64,000 bases of DNA, from contig JBHLQH010000015.1 of assembly GCA_048884965.1 (NCBI GenBank), forward strand, positions 1-64,000, in the 5' to 3' direction. Shown piece after piece: positions 1 to 10,600 of the stretch. Origin of the DNA: Candidatus Thorarchaeota archaeon (GTDB lineage: Archaea; Asgardarchaeota; Thorarchaeia; Thorarchaeales; Thorarchaeaceae). The notes below the pieces were generated by a model, which had not been told where the DNA came from, searched no databases, and saw only the letters and a list, made by a program, of their open reading frames with translations. The translations under genes and the position numbers were made by a program. Positions within the stretch are counted from its first letter, which is position 1, and each line of letters begins with the position of its first letter.

Positions 1-203
1 GTTTCATCTCTATCAATTCTAAGTTCAGCAGTAGATGCGAAGAGGCTACCTTCGGGTTTTTGCTTTAGTTCAATATTCGAATCAGGACTGCTTTTCCGAC
101 CCAATTCTACAGCTGAACTAGAGGTGTCGATAGACGGGGGGGAACCTTCCTTGGTCTTATCCAATTCCCGACTTTTCCGGCGAAACCTTCTGAATATCGA
201 CAA
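1..203 (-). CDS. Hypothetical protein, N-terminal part (runs off window edge)
   Basis: TTG at 203 preceded by GGAGAGAGG; frame MSIFRRFRRKSRELDKTKEG... stays open to position 1. Confidence 0.55.
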   Translation of the reverse strand, partial: MSIFRRFRRKSRELDKTKEGSPPSIDTSSSAVELGRKSSPDSNIELKQKPEGSLFASTAELRIDRDE

Positions 204-301
204 GCCTCTCTCCGAAGTTTACCAGTAGCTAGCTTGACTTAAACTTTAGGGGAATGTAATGAGTGACCTTTATCAATCAATAGACCCATCATTCGAGTGT
301 T

Positions 302-1426
302 ATGACATCAAAAATTGACCCTGAATTTATCGCTCAGCACTTCCCATCACTCAAAGAGATGGCATACCTGAACAATGCTGCAACCGGCATTCCACCGATT
401 GAAGCGATAAATGCAATGAAAGGATATCTTGACAATCGGGTCGAGGCTTTGGGTAGTTTTGAGGAAACGCTTGAAACCTTCAGTAACATTCGCTCAAAAT
501 TAACCAAGCTGCTTGGTGGAAATCCTTCTGAATATGGATTCGCACCGAGTACATCAGCGGGATTGAACGTATTAGCTCATGGAATTGATTATCCTGAGAA
601 TTCGAACATTATCATCTGCGATCTCGAATTTCCATCAAACTATATTCCTTGGCAAAATGCAGCCAAAATCTATGGTGCAGAATTGCGAGTAATGGAGTCC
701 AAGAATGGAGCCATTCAACTTTCCAACCTAATCGACAAGATTGATGAGAACACAAGGGTTGTAGCAATCAGCATGACACAATTCAGCTCTGGATACCGAG
801 CGAATATTCCAGAAATGGCTAAAATCGTACATGAGCAAGACGCATACTTGGTTGCTGATATCATACAAGCAGCAGGATGGCAGAACATCGATTTATCAGA
901 AATGGGTGTAGACTTTGCTGCAGCTCAGGCTGCAAAATGGTTGCTAGGTCCTATTGGTGCGGGCTTCATCTTTGTAAACAAGAAAATCCTGAATGATGTC
1001 AAACCTCGCTATATGGGTTGGTGGGGAGTGGAGAATATGCATGAATTCGCATATTCGGATCGAATTCCAACAAGGGATGCTACGAAATTCGAAGTTGGAT
1101 CTCCTGCTATGATAGCATATGTTGGTTTCAACAAATCGCTGGATCTCCTCCTATCGATACCAGCAGCAGACCGTGAATCAGTTGCCTTGGAAAATGCCGA
1201 GTACCTCAAGCAGAAACTAGATGATCTAAATGTAGGATATTACGAATTCGAGGAGGAGAACAAATCACCTATAGTTTCATGTACACCAGATAATGTTGAA
1301 GATCTCCAAAAGGAACTTCATAAGAATAACATCCATTGTTCTGTTAGAAATGGGCGTCTTCGTGTTTCACCTCATTTCTATAATTCCAAAGAAGAGATTG
1401 ATCAACTCGTTGCAAAGATGAGGTGA
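302..1426 (+). CDS. Class V PLP aminotransferase (cysteine desulfurase/selenocysteine lyase-like)
   Basis: YLNNAATG, DIIQAAG, AAKWLLGPIGAG (PLP lysine), LRVSPHFYN. Confidence 0.85.
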   Translation: MTSKIDPEFIAQHFPSLKEMAYLNNAATGIPPIEAINAMKGYLDNRVEALGSFEETLETFSNIRSKLTKLLGGNPSEYGFAPSTSAGLNVLAHGIDYPENSNIIICDLEFPSNYIPWQNAAKIYGAELRVMESKNGAIQLSNLIDKIDENTRVVAISMTQFSSGYRANIPEMAKIVHEQDAYLVADIIQAAGWQNIDLSEMGVDFAAAQAAKWLLGPIGAGFIFVNKKILNDVKPRYMGWWGVENMHEFAYSDRIPTRDATKFEVGSPAMIAYVGFNKSLDLLLSIPAADRESVALENAEYLKQKLDDLNVGYYEFEEENKSPIVSCTPDNVEDLQKELHKNNIHCSVRNGRLRVSPHFYNSKEEIDQLVAKMR

Positions 1427-1430
1427 TTAT

Positions 1431-2117
1431 GTGTTCGAAGTCGTTTCCAGTGGAGTGTATATTCTAGTAAGTAGAAGTTTCGATTCGAATATTGGCCTAA
1501 TAGCTAGTGGGGAAAGGAAAGCATTGGTTGATACAGGTACTGGTGTTTACCATTCATATCTGGAAAGCGCTCTTTCAAAATTGGGCATTGATATCAGTTC
1601 TATTACGGACATCCTTCTCACACACTCTCACGTAGACCATATTGGAGGTGTGTCTAATATCATTCGACATGCATCTCCGACGATTCATCTTCATAAAGCA
1701 GAAGCAGATCCAATAAATTCTGGAGACATGCGTTTCACACTCGCAGATACGTTTGGTGCCGAGGTCCCACGAATAAAGATAGAAGGCGTTCTTGAGGAAG
1801 GAATGATCATAGAAATAGGAGATATTCAAGTAAAGGTCTTACATACTCCAGGCCATTCAGGAGGTAGCGTCTGCTTCCACTTGGAAAATGAAGAATTGGT
1901 ATTCACTGGAGATACGATGTTCTCTGGAGGGAGTTTTGGAAGAGTAGATTTCCCAACAGGAGACCCTCGAAAGATAGTAGCTTCATTAAAACGACTCACT
2001 GAGCTGTCTTCCTTCAACATAGCGCTTCCGGGACACATGGGACCTGTTCGTAATAATGCACTTCGTTCTGCATTATCCTCGTACAGCATGGCGAAGGACT
2101 GGTTCAATGTTGAGTAA
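1431..2117 (+). CDS. Metallo-beta-lactamase fold hydrolase (glyoxalase II-like)
   Basis: THSHVDHIGG, HTPGHS, FTGD, LPGH. Confidence 0.9.
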   Translation: MFEVVSSGVYILVSRSFDSNIGLIASGERKALVDTGTGVYHSYLESALSKLGIDISSITDILLTHSHVDHIGGVSNIIRHASPTIHLHKAEADPINSGDMRFTLADTFGAEVPRIKIEGVLEEGMIIEIGDIQVKVLHTPGHSGGSVCFHLENEELVFTGDTMFSGGSFGRVDFPTGDPRKIVASLKRLTELSSFNIALPGHMGPVRNNALRSALSSYSMAKDWFNVE

Positions 2118-3093
2118 TCGTACTCAGCAATTCATCAACTGCCATTGTTATAGCTTCGTCAGGTAATGTGCCATCACCCAAGTACTTTGATTCAATAGCC
2201 TTTATCAGCGCATAAACAGACTCGCTAATAGGGGTTTCAATCCCAAGCTCTCGAGCCATCTGTATGATTGCTCCTGTGATGGCATCGATTTCTGTACGTT
2301 TCCTCAGACGAAGGTCCTGAAGCATTGAGTTAATGTTTGCAGCAGTGGCTTTTGCAGTACCCAATGTATACCTCACAGGATCGTCTGTCGTCAGTTCGAT
2401 TCCTAGAGCATTTGCGACTGCTACAGTCTCTTCCACCAATCTAATGACAAGGTCCCTTAGAATGAGATTGCTATGGACCTCTCCATTTGTCATTCCAGTG
2501 AGAGCTCCAATTGGATTTATGCCACAATTCACTATGGTCTTCGTCCAGACAACTCCCTCAATGTTCTTTGAGGTTCGCACATCAAAGCCTGCATCTTGTA
2601 GCATATCTGCGAGTTCGTATACCATTTCCATGTTATCTGAATATCGGGAGCCGATCTCAGTAATTCCCTTGCCAGTGACATAAACCTTGCCGGGTGCTTT
2701 CATGAATGCCCCCATACATGTTGTTGCACGTATAACGCGCGTGGTTTTCATTGTCTCTGCAAGGGCTATCTCGGTCCCAATCCCATTCTGGAGAACGACA
2801 ACATATGCGCCATTGTCAATAAGATGCTTGACTGAGCGTGCAGCTGAGAGGGTATCATAGGTCTTGGTGGTTATCATGACTATATCTGCTGATTCGATAG
2901 TAGCGGGATCATCAGTTACTTGTACACTCACTTGATGGTCACCCATTACTCCTTCAACGAATAAGCCTCGTTCTTGTACAGATTCCACTAGTGGATCCCG
3001 TCCAACCAGTGTTACTGAACCTGGATACCTTAATGCGAGAAAGCCACCATATAGGTTTCCAATTGAGCCTGCGCCCATTACTACAATTCTCAT
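2104..3093 (-). CDS. panE: Ketopantoate (2-dehydropantoate) reductase
   Basis: GAGSIG, LQNGIG, WTKTIVNCGINP, NSMLQD, TEIDAITG; in CoA cluster. Confidence 0.92.
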   Translation of the reverse strand: MRIVVMGAGSIGNLYGGFLALRYPGSVTLVGRDPLVESVQERGLFVEGVMGDHQVSVQVTDDPATIESADIVMITTKTYDTLSAARSVKHLIDNGAYVVVLQNGIGTEIALAETMKTTRVIRATTCMGAFMKAPGKVYVTGKGITEIGSRYSDNMEMVYELADMLQDAGFDVRTSKNIEGVVWTKTIVNCGINPIGALTGMTNGEVHSNLILRDLVIRLVEETVAVANALGIELTTDDPVRYTLGTAKATAANINSMLQDLRLRKRTEIDAITGAIIQMARELGIETPISESVYALIKAIESKYLGDGTLPDEAITMAVDELLSTITQH

Positions 3094-3887
3094 CTCTTTC
3101 CCTCTTGGAGTTCTCTAATAGTCTTCTTGCTTTGAATGGTGAGATAGTCAATCATAAGCTGCAATGAATCTCTAAGATTCTGTTCGTTATTAAACTCGGA
3201 AACAATGCTTGAAAGTTGTTCATGTGGGAGGTTTTTCATCTCTTTTGCGTATTCAATCATTATGGGGAGTGCTCGAATAACATTGTCAACAATCGTGACG
3301 TTCGAATAGACAGAAGTTCTACTCATGGGATTCAAATCGATAGTAATCACGAATTTACCAGTCTTCCGAAGTGCTTCTGTTCGATCACCATCCTCCAGGG
3401 GTACGAGAACGATATCCGCTCTCCCTATCCCGTCGGGATCGACTTTACGTCTATTGCTGCTGAGTTCAGGAATCGTTTCGGATGGACGGTCATGTGTTCC
3501 TAGTACCAGATCAGCACCTGCATCCTTCAATGCCTTGAGAATTGCTTCCTCACGCTCTTTACGATAATAGAAGAGATTGATCTCTAGTGGTGCATTTGTA
3601 AGTTCAGAGAGTTCTACCAACTCCTCTGGAACGAGCGAGCAAACATTGCCGTTGACACTTATCACAGGATGCTTCGCGGCTAGCATTGCAGCGACTGCAG
3701 CCTTTGCAGCCGTCCTCGCCAAGTCCGGAGTTTCCTCACCTATGAAATAGTCAAAAGCTTCTCCTCTACCATGTGCCAATAATCCTGCGGTTGCAACAAT
3801 ATGTAGCTCATGCCCCTCTATGACCTTTTCACGAGTTTCCAAGGATATCTTCCGAGGATGATCATCTGGAATTGCGATTTTGGTCAT
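3090..3887 (-). CDS. pps: 4-phosphopantoate--beta-alanine ligase (archaeal phosphopantothenate synthetase)
   Basis: HPR..SL, AHGRGEAFDY, SVNGN, VPLEDGDRTEAL, IDLNP.SRT. Confidence 0.95.
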   Translation of the reverse strand: MTKIAIPDDHPRKISLETREKVIEGHELHIVATAGLLAHGRGEAFDYFIGEETPDLARTAAKAAVAAMLAAKHPVISVNGNVCSLVPEELVELSELTNAPLEINLFYYRKEREEAILKALKDAGADLVLGTHDRPSETIPELSSNRRKVDPDGIGRADIVLVPLEDGDRTEALRKTGKFVITIDLNPMSRTSVYSNVTIVDNVIRALPIMIEYAKEMKNLPHEQLSSIVSEFNNEQNLRDSLQLMIDYLTIQSKKTIRELQEGKR

Positions 3888-4837
3888 TACAGAATTGCAC
3901 CTCCAGATGGTGAAAGATTTGTTGTGCTGATTTCTTCAGGTTTCCAGTGGTGTCCCAGTATAGATGAAACATGGTCGATTTGGCTCTCATCGCAGAAGCA
4001 GAATACAGAATCACCCAGCATAACCATACTCGATAGACTATATCCGTGCGTGTCTAGTTCTTCTAGTGCATCCTCAATCCTTGGAGTCATCAATCCAATT
4101 GCATTCGCGAATTTTCTTGAGGCATTAACAATCCGCTCCAGAGAAGCATCTTGAATCAGATCGTCAATCAATGAATCACCATGCCGATTTATTCGCTTCT
4201 GGGCTTCCGGGTTCGTCAGTACTTTCTTTGTTTCTAGACTCGTAGATCCAGCCAACACTACAGATTGTCCATCCGGAAAGGGCACATTCATTACACTGCC
4301 AATACCAGGAGCTCCTGGCTTAGTCCTAACTTCCAGACCACCTGCTGTCTGAGCAATGACATCCCCCAGACCTGTGTGGTTCACGACTTCTGCGGAATGT
4401 GCATACTGAGCAGCTTTTATGTAATCAAAATCCATATCCAAGAGGGAAGAGAGAGCAAGTGCTGTACCAAGAGCACCCGCACCTGATGCGCCATACCCAA
4501 CACCAATGGGAAGCTCTGATTGGTGTGTAACTTCCACATTCAGTATTGCATCGTAGGCCTTCATCAATTGTTCAACCACCGTCTTAGTTACCGCTGCATC
4601 AATTCTTGCATTGTTATACTCTATTGTAATCGAGGGTTCAGTTTGTTCTCTGATAGTTACAGTTGTGAGAGTCCCGGCGGAAATGGAGAAACCCGCTCCC
4701 TTTGAGCCTCTATACAACGGATCTTCATGTTCCCCAAAGATACGGAAAAGACCCGTTATATGTCCTGGGACAAACGCCTGAGCAGTTCTCGCTTTCGGAC
4801 TCAATGTTCTCTTCGTGTATTCACGGGGAAAAGGCAT
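3887..4837 (-). CDS. pok: Pantoate kinase (GHMP family)
   Basis: AFVPGHITG, GSKGAG, PIGVGYGASGAG, TGLGDV, PGAPG; adjacent to pps. Confidence 0.92.
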   Translation of the reverse strand: MPFPREYTKRTLSPKARTAQAFVPGHITGLFRIFGEHEDPLYRGSKGAGFSISAGTLTTVTIREQTEPSITIEYNNARIDAAVTKTVVEQLMKAYDAILNVEVTHQSELPIGVGYGASGAGALGTALALSSLLDMDFDYIKAAQYAHSAEVVNHTGLGDVIAQTAGGLEVRTKPGAPGIGSVMNVPFPDGQSVVLAGSTSLETKKVLTNPEAQKRINRHGDSLIDDLIQDASLERIVNASRKFANAIGLMTPRIEDALEELDTHGYSLSSMVMLGDSVFCFCDESQIDHVSSILGHHWKPEEISTTNLSPSGGAIL

Positions 4838-4938
4838 CTATAAAGATAACCATATATCTCTTTGAAATATATATATCACTATATAAAATATATAATTATA
4901 TTCGATGGCACTCGTTTTAAGCAGCACCAAAATGTAAC

Positions 4939-5736
4939 CTACTTATCCAGAGGAACTAGACTTGTGTACTGCTTCACACGGGGATCATCTGATGGTGGTG
5001 CGGGATATGCCCAACGAGCATCGATATCTCTCCCACTAAGGTCATAGATATTGAAACTTCCTGATGACCAAGTAAGAGGACTAAATCCGAGAAGTAGAGT
5101 CTGTGTTCTCCAGCTTGTGACAACCATATGTCGATTCATGCCAACAGTTGGAACTACAAGAAATACATTAGACAGTTCCATCAAAAGTGATGTGCTAATA
5201 CGATAGAAGAAGCTGTAGGTCTTTCGATGCTCTTCAGATCCCTGTACTCGTAGATCATTTAGATATCTGTGAATTGTCTCATCATGGACTGCCGGGTCCA
5301 TAATGTCAGAGAGCTCTTCAACATCGACAGTTATCGCTGTTTCGAAGTAGTATGCTAAGGGAAACTCAGTGATGTGGATTACAAGCCATTTATCCTTGGA
5401 GATTGTACTATAGAGGTGTTGAAAGATAGACTGTTTTGAGGATAGCATTGACTGATCCAACTTTGCAGGTTCGAAATTCTTAGCTTCATCCGATACTGCG
5501 AGTCTGAAGATATCATCAAGCATATCGCCATCATACCCTATCCTGACAAGATGGTAGGGTAGTTCTCGCGAGTGTTCTTCCATGCGCCCCGTTTTAACGA
5601 GAAATTGATTCAGGTCACGTTGGAATGTATCAACCTCATTGTCATTATCGGTTACAAATAGCGACTGAGTCGGAGTTCCGAATGAAGAGAGCACCTTTTC
5701 GTAGGCTCTGAACCGGGCATCCTTCTCAGCATCCAC
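4939..5736 (-). CDS. Hypothetical protein inside CoA cluster
   Basis: 265-aa ORF with GGAGG upstream; no recognised motif. Confidence 0.7.
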   Translation of the reverse strand: MDAEKDARFRAYEKVLSSFGTPTQSLFVTDNDNEVDTFQRDLNQFLVKTGRMEEHSRELPYHLVRIGYDGDMLDDIFRLAVSDEAKNFEPAKLDQSMLSSKQSIFQHLYSTISKDKWLVIHITEFPLAYYFETAITVDVEELSDIMDPAVHDETIHRYLNDLRVQGSEEHRKTYSFFYRISTSLLMELSNVFLVVPTVGMNRHMVVTSWRTQTLLLGFSPLTWSSGSFNIYDLSGRDIDARWAYPAPPSDDPRVKQYTSLVPLDK

Positions 5737-5989
5737 TTGTTTTTCTCGCCTCCATGATCAAAGAAGTTAATGCCACGTTGCTAACACCTGCCAAAGTCAC
5801 ATCTGCTCTCTATCTTCGTTGCGATGCCGAATGGGTATTCCTCCAAACCCAGTGACGGCACATCCACTGGACTACCTCGCTAAAGGCACCCACTGAGAAG
5901 GTAACATCTCATATATTCTTTGCTCAAATGTTCTAACGACGAATAGATTTAGAAGCAATTGATTCTGAGTAGAGATTAGTGAGCTACCC

Positions 5990-7225
5990 ATGAAACATAC
6001 CTCGAAACTGATTATTGGCAGCGCCAGTAATCTCCTACAAGGTAAGAAGATCACCCTCTGTGTGACAGGAAGCGTTGCTGCGGTAGAGTCTGTTCATATC
6101 GCACGGTCGCTTATGAGGCATGGAGCAGAGGTCTATTGCGTCATGAGTCGAGCAGGTCAGAAGATCATTCATCCCGACCTAATGGAATGGGGTACTGGAA
6201 ATCCAGTTGTGACTGAGCTCACTGGACAGATCGAGCATATCACACTAGCTGGGAAACATGAGGAACATGTCGACTTAGTTCTGATAGCCCCGTCCACTGC
6301 AAACACAATTGGTAAGATTGCAAATGGTATAGACGATACGCCTGTCACAACGACTGCATCATCAGCGATGGGTGCAAAGATACCCGTGATGATTGTGCCC
6401 GCGATGCACGCATCAATGTACGATCATCCTGCAGTCATTGAAAATATAGAGAAACTGAAGAGAATGGGCGTAGATTTCGTTGAACCACGTAGAGAAGAAG
6501 CCAAAGCAAAGATTCCCGAAGTTGACACGATAGTAGAGAGTGTTATTGCAAAGCTCGGACCTAGGGACCTTGAAGGAAAGCATTTCCTTATCACTGCAGG
6601 CCCAACAAGAGGGTGGCTTGATCGAGTACGTTTCATTACGAATCCTTCTACAGGGAAGATGGGGATATCAGTCGCTACTGAGATCCTGCATAGAGGAGGA
6701 ATGGTCACACTCATTCTAGGACCGACTACAGAAACTCCTCCTTCAAGAGCAAACACGATTCGTGTTGACACGTCAAATGAGATGCTAGAAAAAGTACTAT
6801 CGGAGATCAAATCTTCGAAACCAGATGTCTTCATTTCCTCTGCCGCTGTTCTGGACTATGTGCCAACAGAGAAGGAGGAGAGAAAAAGACCCTCGGGAGA
6901 ATCATATTCGATCAAGCTTGAGCCAACTGTCAAGATAATAGACATGGTTCGAAAAGAGCACCCCGATCTCTTTATTGTTGGATTCAAGGTAGAGTCTGGT
7001 GTAACTGATCCTGAGCTTGAAGAACGAGCTCGGGTCAAGGTTACTTCGGGTATTTGTAACTTGGTTGTTGCTAACGATGCCTACCGCAAAGGTGTCGCGT
7101 TTGGTACTGATACAAACGAAGTCATAATTGTGGGTACTGATGACTATTCATTGAAGATCCCACTCTCACCCAAGAGGGACATTGCTAGAGGCATTGTAGA
7201 TACGATTCTTCTGCGCATGAGATAG
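5990..7225 (+). CDS. coaBC: Bifunctional phosphopantothenoylcysteine decarboxylase/synthetase
   Basis: TGSVAA, APSTANTIGKIANGIDD, PAMH, ITAGPT, RFITNPSTGKMG, GFK.E, VAND. Confidence 0.96.
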   Translation: MKHTSKLIIGSASNLLQGKKITLCVTGSVAAVESVHIARSLMRHGAEVYCVMSRAGQKIIHPDLMEWGTGNPVVTELTGQIEHITLAGKHEEHVDLVLIAPSTANTIGKIANGIDDTPVTTTASSAMGAKIPVMIVPAMHASMYDHPAVIENIEKLKRMGVDFVEPRREEAKAKIPEVDTIVESVIAKLGPRDLEGKHFLITAGPTRGWLDRVRFITNPSTGKMGISVATEILHRGGMVTLILGPTTETPPSRANTIRVDTSNEMLEKVLSEIKSSKPDVFISSAAVLDYVPTEKEERKRPSGESYSIKLEPTVKIIDMVRKEHPDLFIVGFKVESGVTDPELEERARVKVTSGICNLVVANDAYRKGVAFGTDTNEVIIVGTDDYSLKIPLSPKRDIARGIVDTILLRMR

Positions 7226-7232
7226 GGGAGAA

Positions 7233-7595
7233 TCACAGAATCTCAAGGAGACTTTCTGCCATTCGTTTCATATCCATGAAAATCAAACCAAGCTGAGCAT
7301 CTACTTTAGCAAGGACTAATAGGAGGGCACTGTCGCCCACTGAGGTCATCAGAGTATAGCCTTTATCGCCTTTCACATAAATCTCAAGGAGATTCCCACG
7401 ATCAAGCTCGCCGGTTGCCTTCTCACCCAATGATAACATTGCTGCACTGATAGCAGCGACCCGTTCCTGTTCGCTTTCTGGCAGAGCTGAAGAAATCATG
7501 AGTCCATCTAGAGAAACTAACGCAGCGCCTTCTACGCCCGGCACTGTTTCAAAATCACGTATCGCTGTGTTAATTCTATCAACTCGACTGGACAT
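7233..7595 (-). CDS. Roadblock/LC7 (MglB-like) protein
   Basis: GVEGAALVSLDGLMISSAL...RVAAISAAMLSLG...LGLIF; ATG 7595 with GAGGT upstream. Confidence 0.92.
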   Translation of the reverse strand: MSSRVDRINTAIRDFETVPGVEGAALVSLDGLMISSALPESEQERVAAISAAMLSLGEKATGELDRGNLLEIYVKGDKGYTLMTSVGDSALLLVLAKVDAQLGLIFMDMKRMAESLLEIL

Positions 7596-7693
7596 ATGTG
7601 AAACCTCGGATGTCTTACGAGAGAGCATTCAATTAGAATTCTCTATAAAGTCTTGTTGTATAAAGTGAGGAAATTTGCGCGAATTTGCGCAAA

Positions 7694-10600
7694 TCATTCT
7701 ACTCCAAAGTATTCCTTTGCATCAAATTTCTTCTCTTCTTCTTCCCTCTTTCGCTTTCGTTCCATTTCAGCCATCTCGCGCCGTCGCTTCTCCTCTTTTG
7801 TTTCACCCTTTGGAGGTTTATAGCTCTTTGACTTGGGTAATGTATCTCTTTGCTGATATTTACGATATTGCCAAGCAATAGCCACAGTGGCTATGATACC
7901 ACCACCTATCAGAATCAAGAGAATTGGAGATGTGCGGATAAGGAGAAAATCAACGAGAAGTGTTGTCAATGTGTCATACCCCGACTTTTGGGCTCTGATT
8001 CCTAGGGAATGATAACCAGCGTTGACTGAAGTCCATGCTTCATCAAGAAGAATATCATACTTGCCTGTAGTTGATTCCGTAGCTACTACTTCCGTTTCAT
8101 TGAGATGGATAAGAACTGATACATCTTCGACTGGCTCCCCAACTAAATTGGTCACCTCAACCGTGACTATTACTCGATCACCCTCCCAGATTATTTCTTG
8201 ACTTAGAGATATATCCCATAGAACAAGAGACTCCTGAGCACCCCAGACTATAGCATTTTCAAGGAATCCGTTCCTGTCAACGCCTTGAGGTACGATTGTG
8301 GTGAGCGCTACCTTGCCAATCCCATAGACCCCTCCAGCGATGGCAATTCCATTCGCGTTTGTTGCTATAATGGTTAGATTCTCAGAGATACTTGTGAAGT
8401 ACCCCTCCGAAGGAATATTGCTACTAATTGCGTTCGGGAGTGAAACCAAGGGATGGTTCGTATCAATCAAAGTAATAGATGTGGATGAGCTTGCTCCAAA
8501 TTCAGCCGTCCAAGGCAACCATGGAACATCTTCATCGATGCCCATAATGACAAGAACGCCGCCATTGTGCACAAATTCTGCAAGAACTGCTGAGTCGCCT
8601 GACAATGAGGAGGCAAGGGATGAAAGAGTCAATGGTTCGATTATGACAGTGGTTCTCAAATCGAGAAGGGTTATGAATTCGGAATAGTTTGAGAGTTCAT
8701 AGTAGTCAAATTCGGCACCGACAGCATCCAGACCAATTGGCAGATAATCCGTCGTGCCCAGAGCTGATACTCCCTTTACTCCATTACTCGGTGTATGGCC
8801 ATCAATTGAGATGATGATAGGATCAACCGAGGCGATTCTAGGATCATTTGTAGGATTATATAGACAAATATCAGGATCTCCAAAGAGCACCTGTTGGTTT
8901 GCATAATCATTTGGTTCAGCTGGTAATGGATCCGTATAATCATACGAAAGGGTTCTAAGTGCTTGAGCAAGGGCGTCACCCGTAGTATTTCCGGCGCACA
9001 GTGCCTCTGTGATAAGGATAGATAGAAGACCTGCTGCCCTGAAATATACCGTTCTTGGAGCAGCTGTAACTGCAACAGCCCCATGTTCCATGAGCATCAA
9101 AGGCAGTTCTGAGCCGCCAAGAAGACACGCCGTAAGAATGACGATTGGAGAACCAATATTACCTATTGATGCCTCAAGATCGTTTGTTGTTCTCAGAATG
9201 TGATTATTGGATTCAGGAGAGTATATCACTGGATTGACAATTCCATCCCCACCATAATCACGTTGTGTGTCGGTTTCCTGACCATATGGAATGTCCTCAT
9301 TTCGGAGTGAAAAGACACCAAGACCATTTGGTCGCTGTGGAGGGTCAGTTGGATATTCTGTAAGAGTCCCATGTGTACTGAATGACCACAATGCGACTTG
9401 AGAAGCCACACCTGCGAACACCTCATTTGCACCTACATGAGACTGGATTGTGAAGCCGGCTGCAGTCAAAGCAGTTTCAGAGGCCTCAATTTGGTTGATG
9501 TTATGGGTCGTCCCAAAATTATCAGGATATGGAGATGAGCTGATGGTATATGCATAGAATGAGAGTAGAGCCTCGTCAGCGTTCTCTGCAACCATGTAGA
9601 TGAATCTGTGCAATGCAGCCCGATTGATCATGATAGCAGCATCCGCTGCACCCTCACCAGGAATTCTTCCACATGCGAAGTGGCTCTGAATTGATCGGTC
9701 GAAACTGATCTTTATCAGATCCGTAGGCGAAACAACAATGGCTGTTTGCTCCTCTGATTCATTGTAGGCACCTCTAGATTCTAGGAAATTCTCGAAGGAT
9801 GTCGCACTATATTCCATAGAGTATACATTTGGTATCCTCTCATCATACCAGCCATTCTCAGTTCTTGTTGAAAATTGATTTTGAACAAAGACTCTGATAT
9901 CTGGACCAATCAGATATGGAGCCCATGTTTCTTCAGCTCGAGTGGGGATTAGATTATCCTCACCACATAATGAGAATACCACTGCCCCATGCGAAGCTGC
10001 AGAATATGCCGCAGGAGCAAAGAACTCCTCGTTGTTCCCTATGGGGGTTGTAAGAACAACATCATACTCACCAGAGAGAGTATGAATCCAATTGGACACT
10101 GAAGCGTAGCTACTTAGTGCACTCACAAACATCGAATTGTCTAATTCATCTACAAGAGATGGAGAATGCAGGTTAGCGGGGTCTACTAAGAAACAAGTTG
10201 ATGCGTCAAGGTATTCAAGTGCCCATGCTGTCATGGATGGGACCGAATCAGCATCAACATATAGCAATGGAGCGTTCAATAGAGAGGCGAGTACAGCTCC
10301 ATTTGAAGCAGATTCGAAATATGGCTGCAAATCATCTGGTAGCGTTTCGATTTCCCATTCCATGTTGACATTGTTTGTTTCTGAAGTTGGGTCCACCCAA
10401 GCTCCAACTAGAGACCAATCACCGGGAGCGGGGTACGGCATTTGCATTGACTTGCTACCAGCTCCGCCCAGAAGGCTTTCAGCAGGTGCCCACATAACCA
10501 GTCGACCACTTGGGTCGATGAGAGCCAGATTGATTGTAGTTCCTGCATTATCCCACATTGTGGAAATATTCAGCCATTTTGCGCTATTCGGTATTGTGAT

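Noticed and set aside
302-1426. Dedicated selenocysteine lyase feeding SelD
   Set aside because: It is 12 kb from selD and lacks a clear RxGxHC/SSGSAC catalytic loop, so specificity cannot be assigned from sequence.
5737-5770. UGA read-through extending the 4939-5736 ORF upstream
   Set aside because: An in-frame TAA lies three codons upstream of that TGA.
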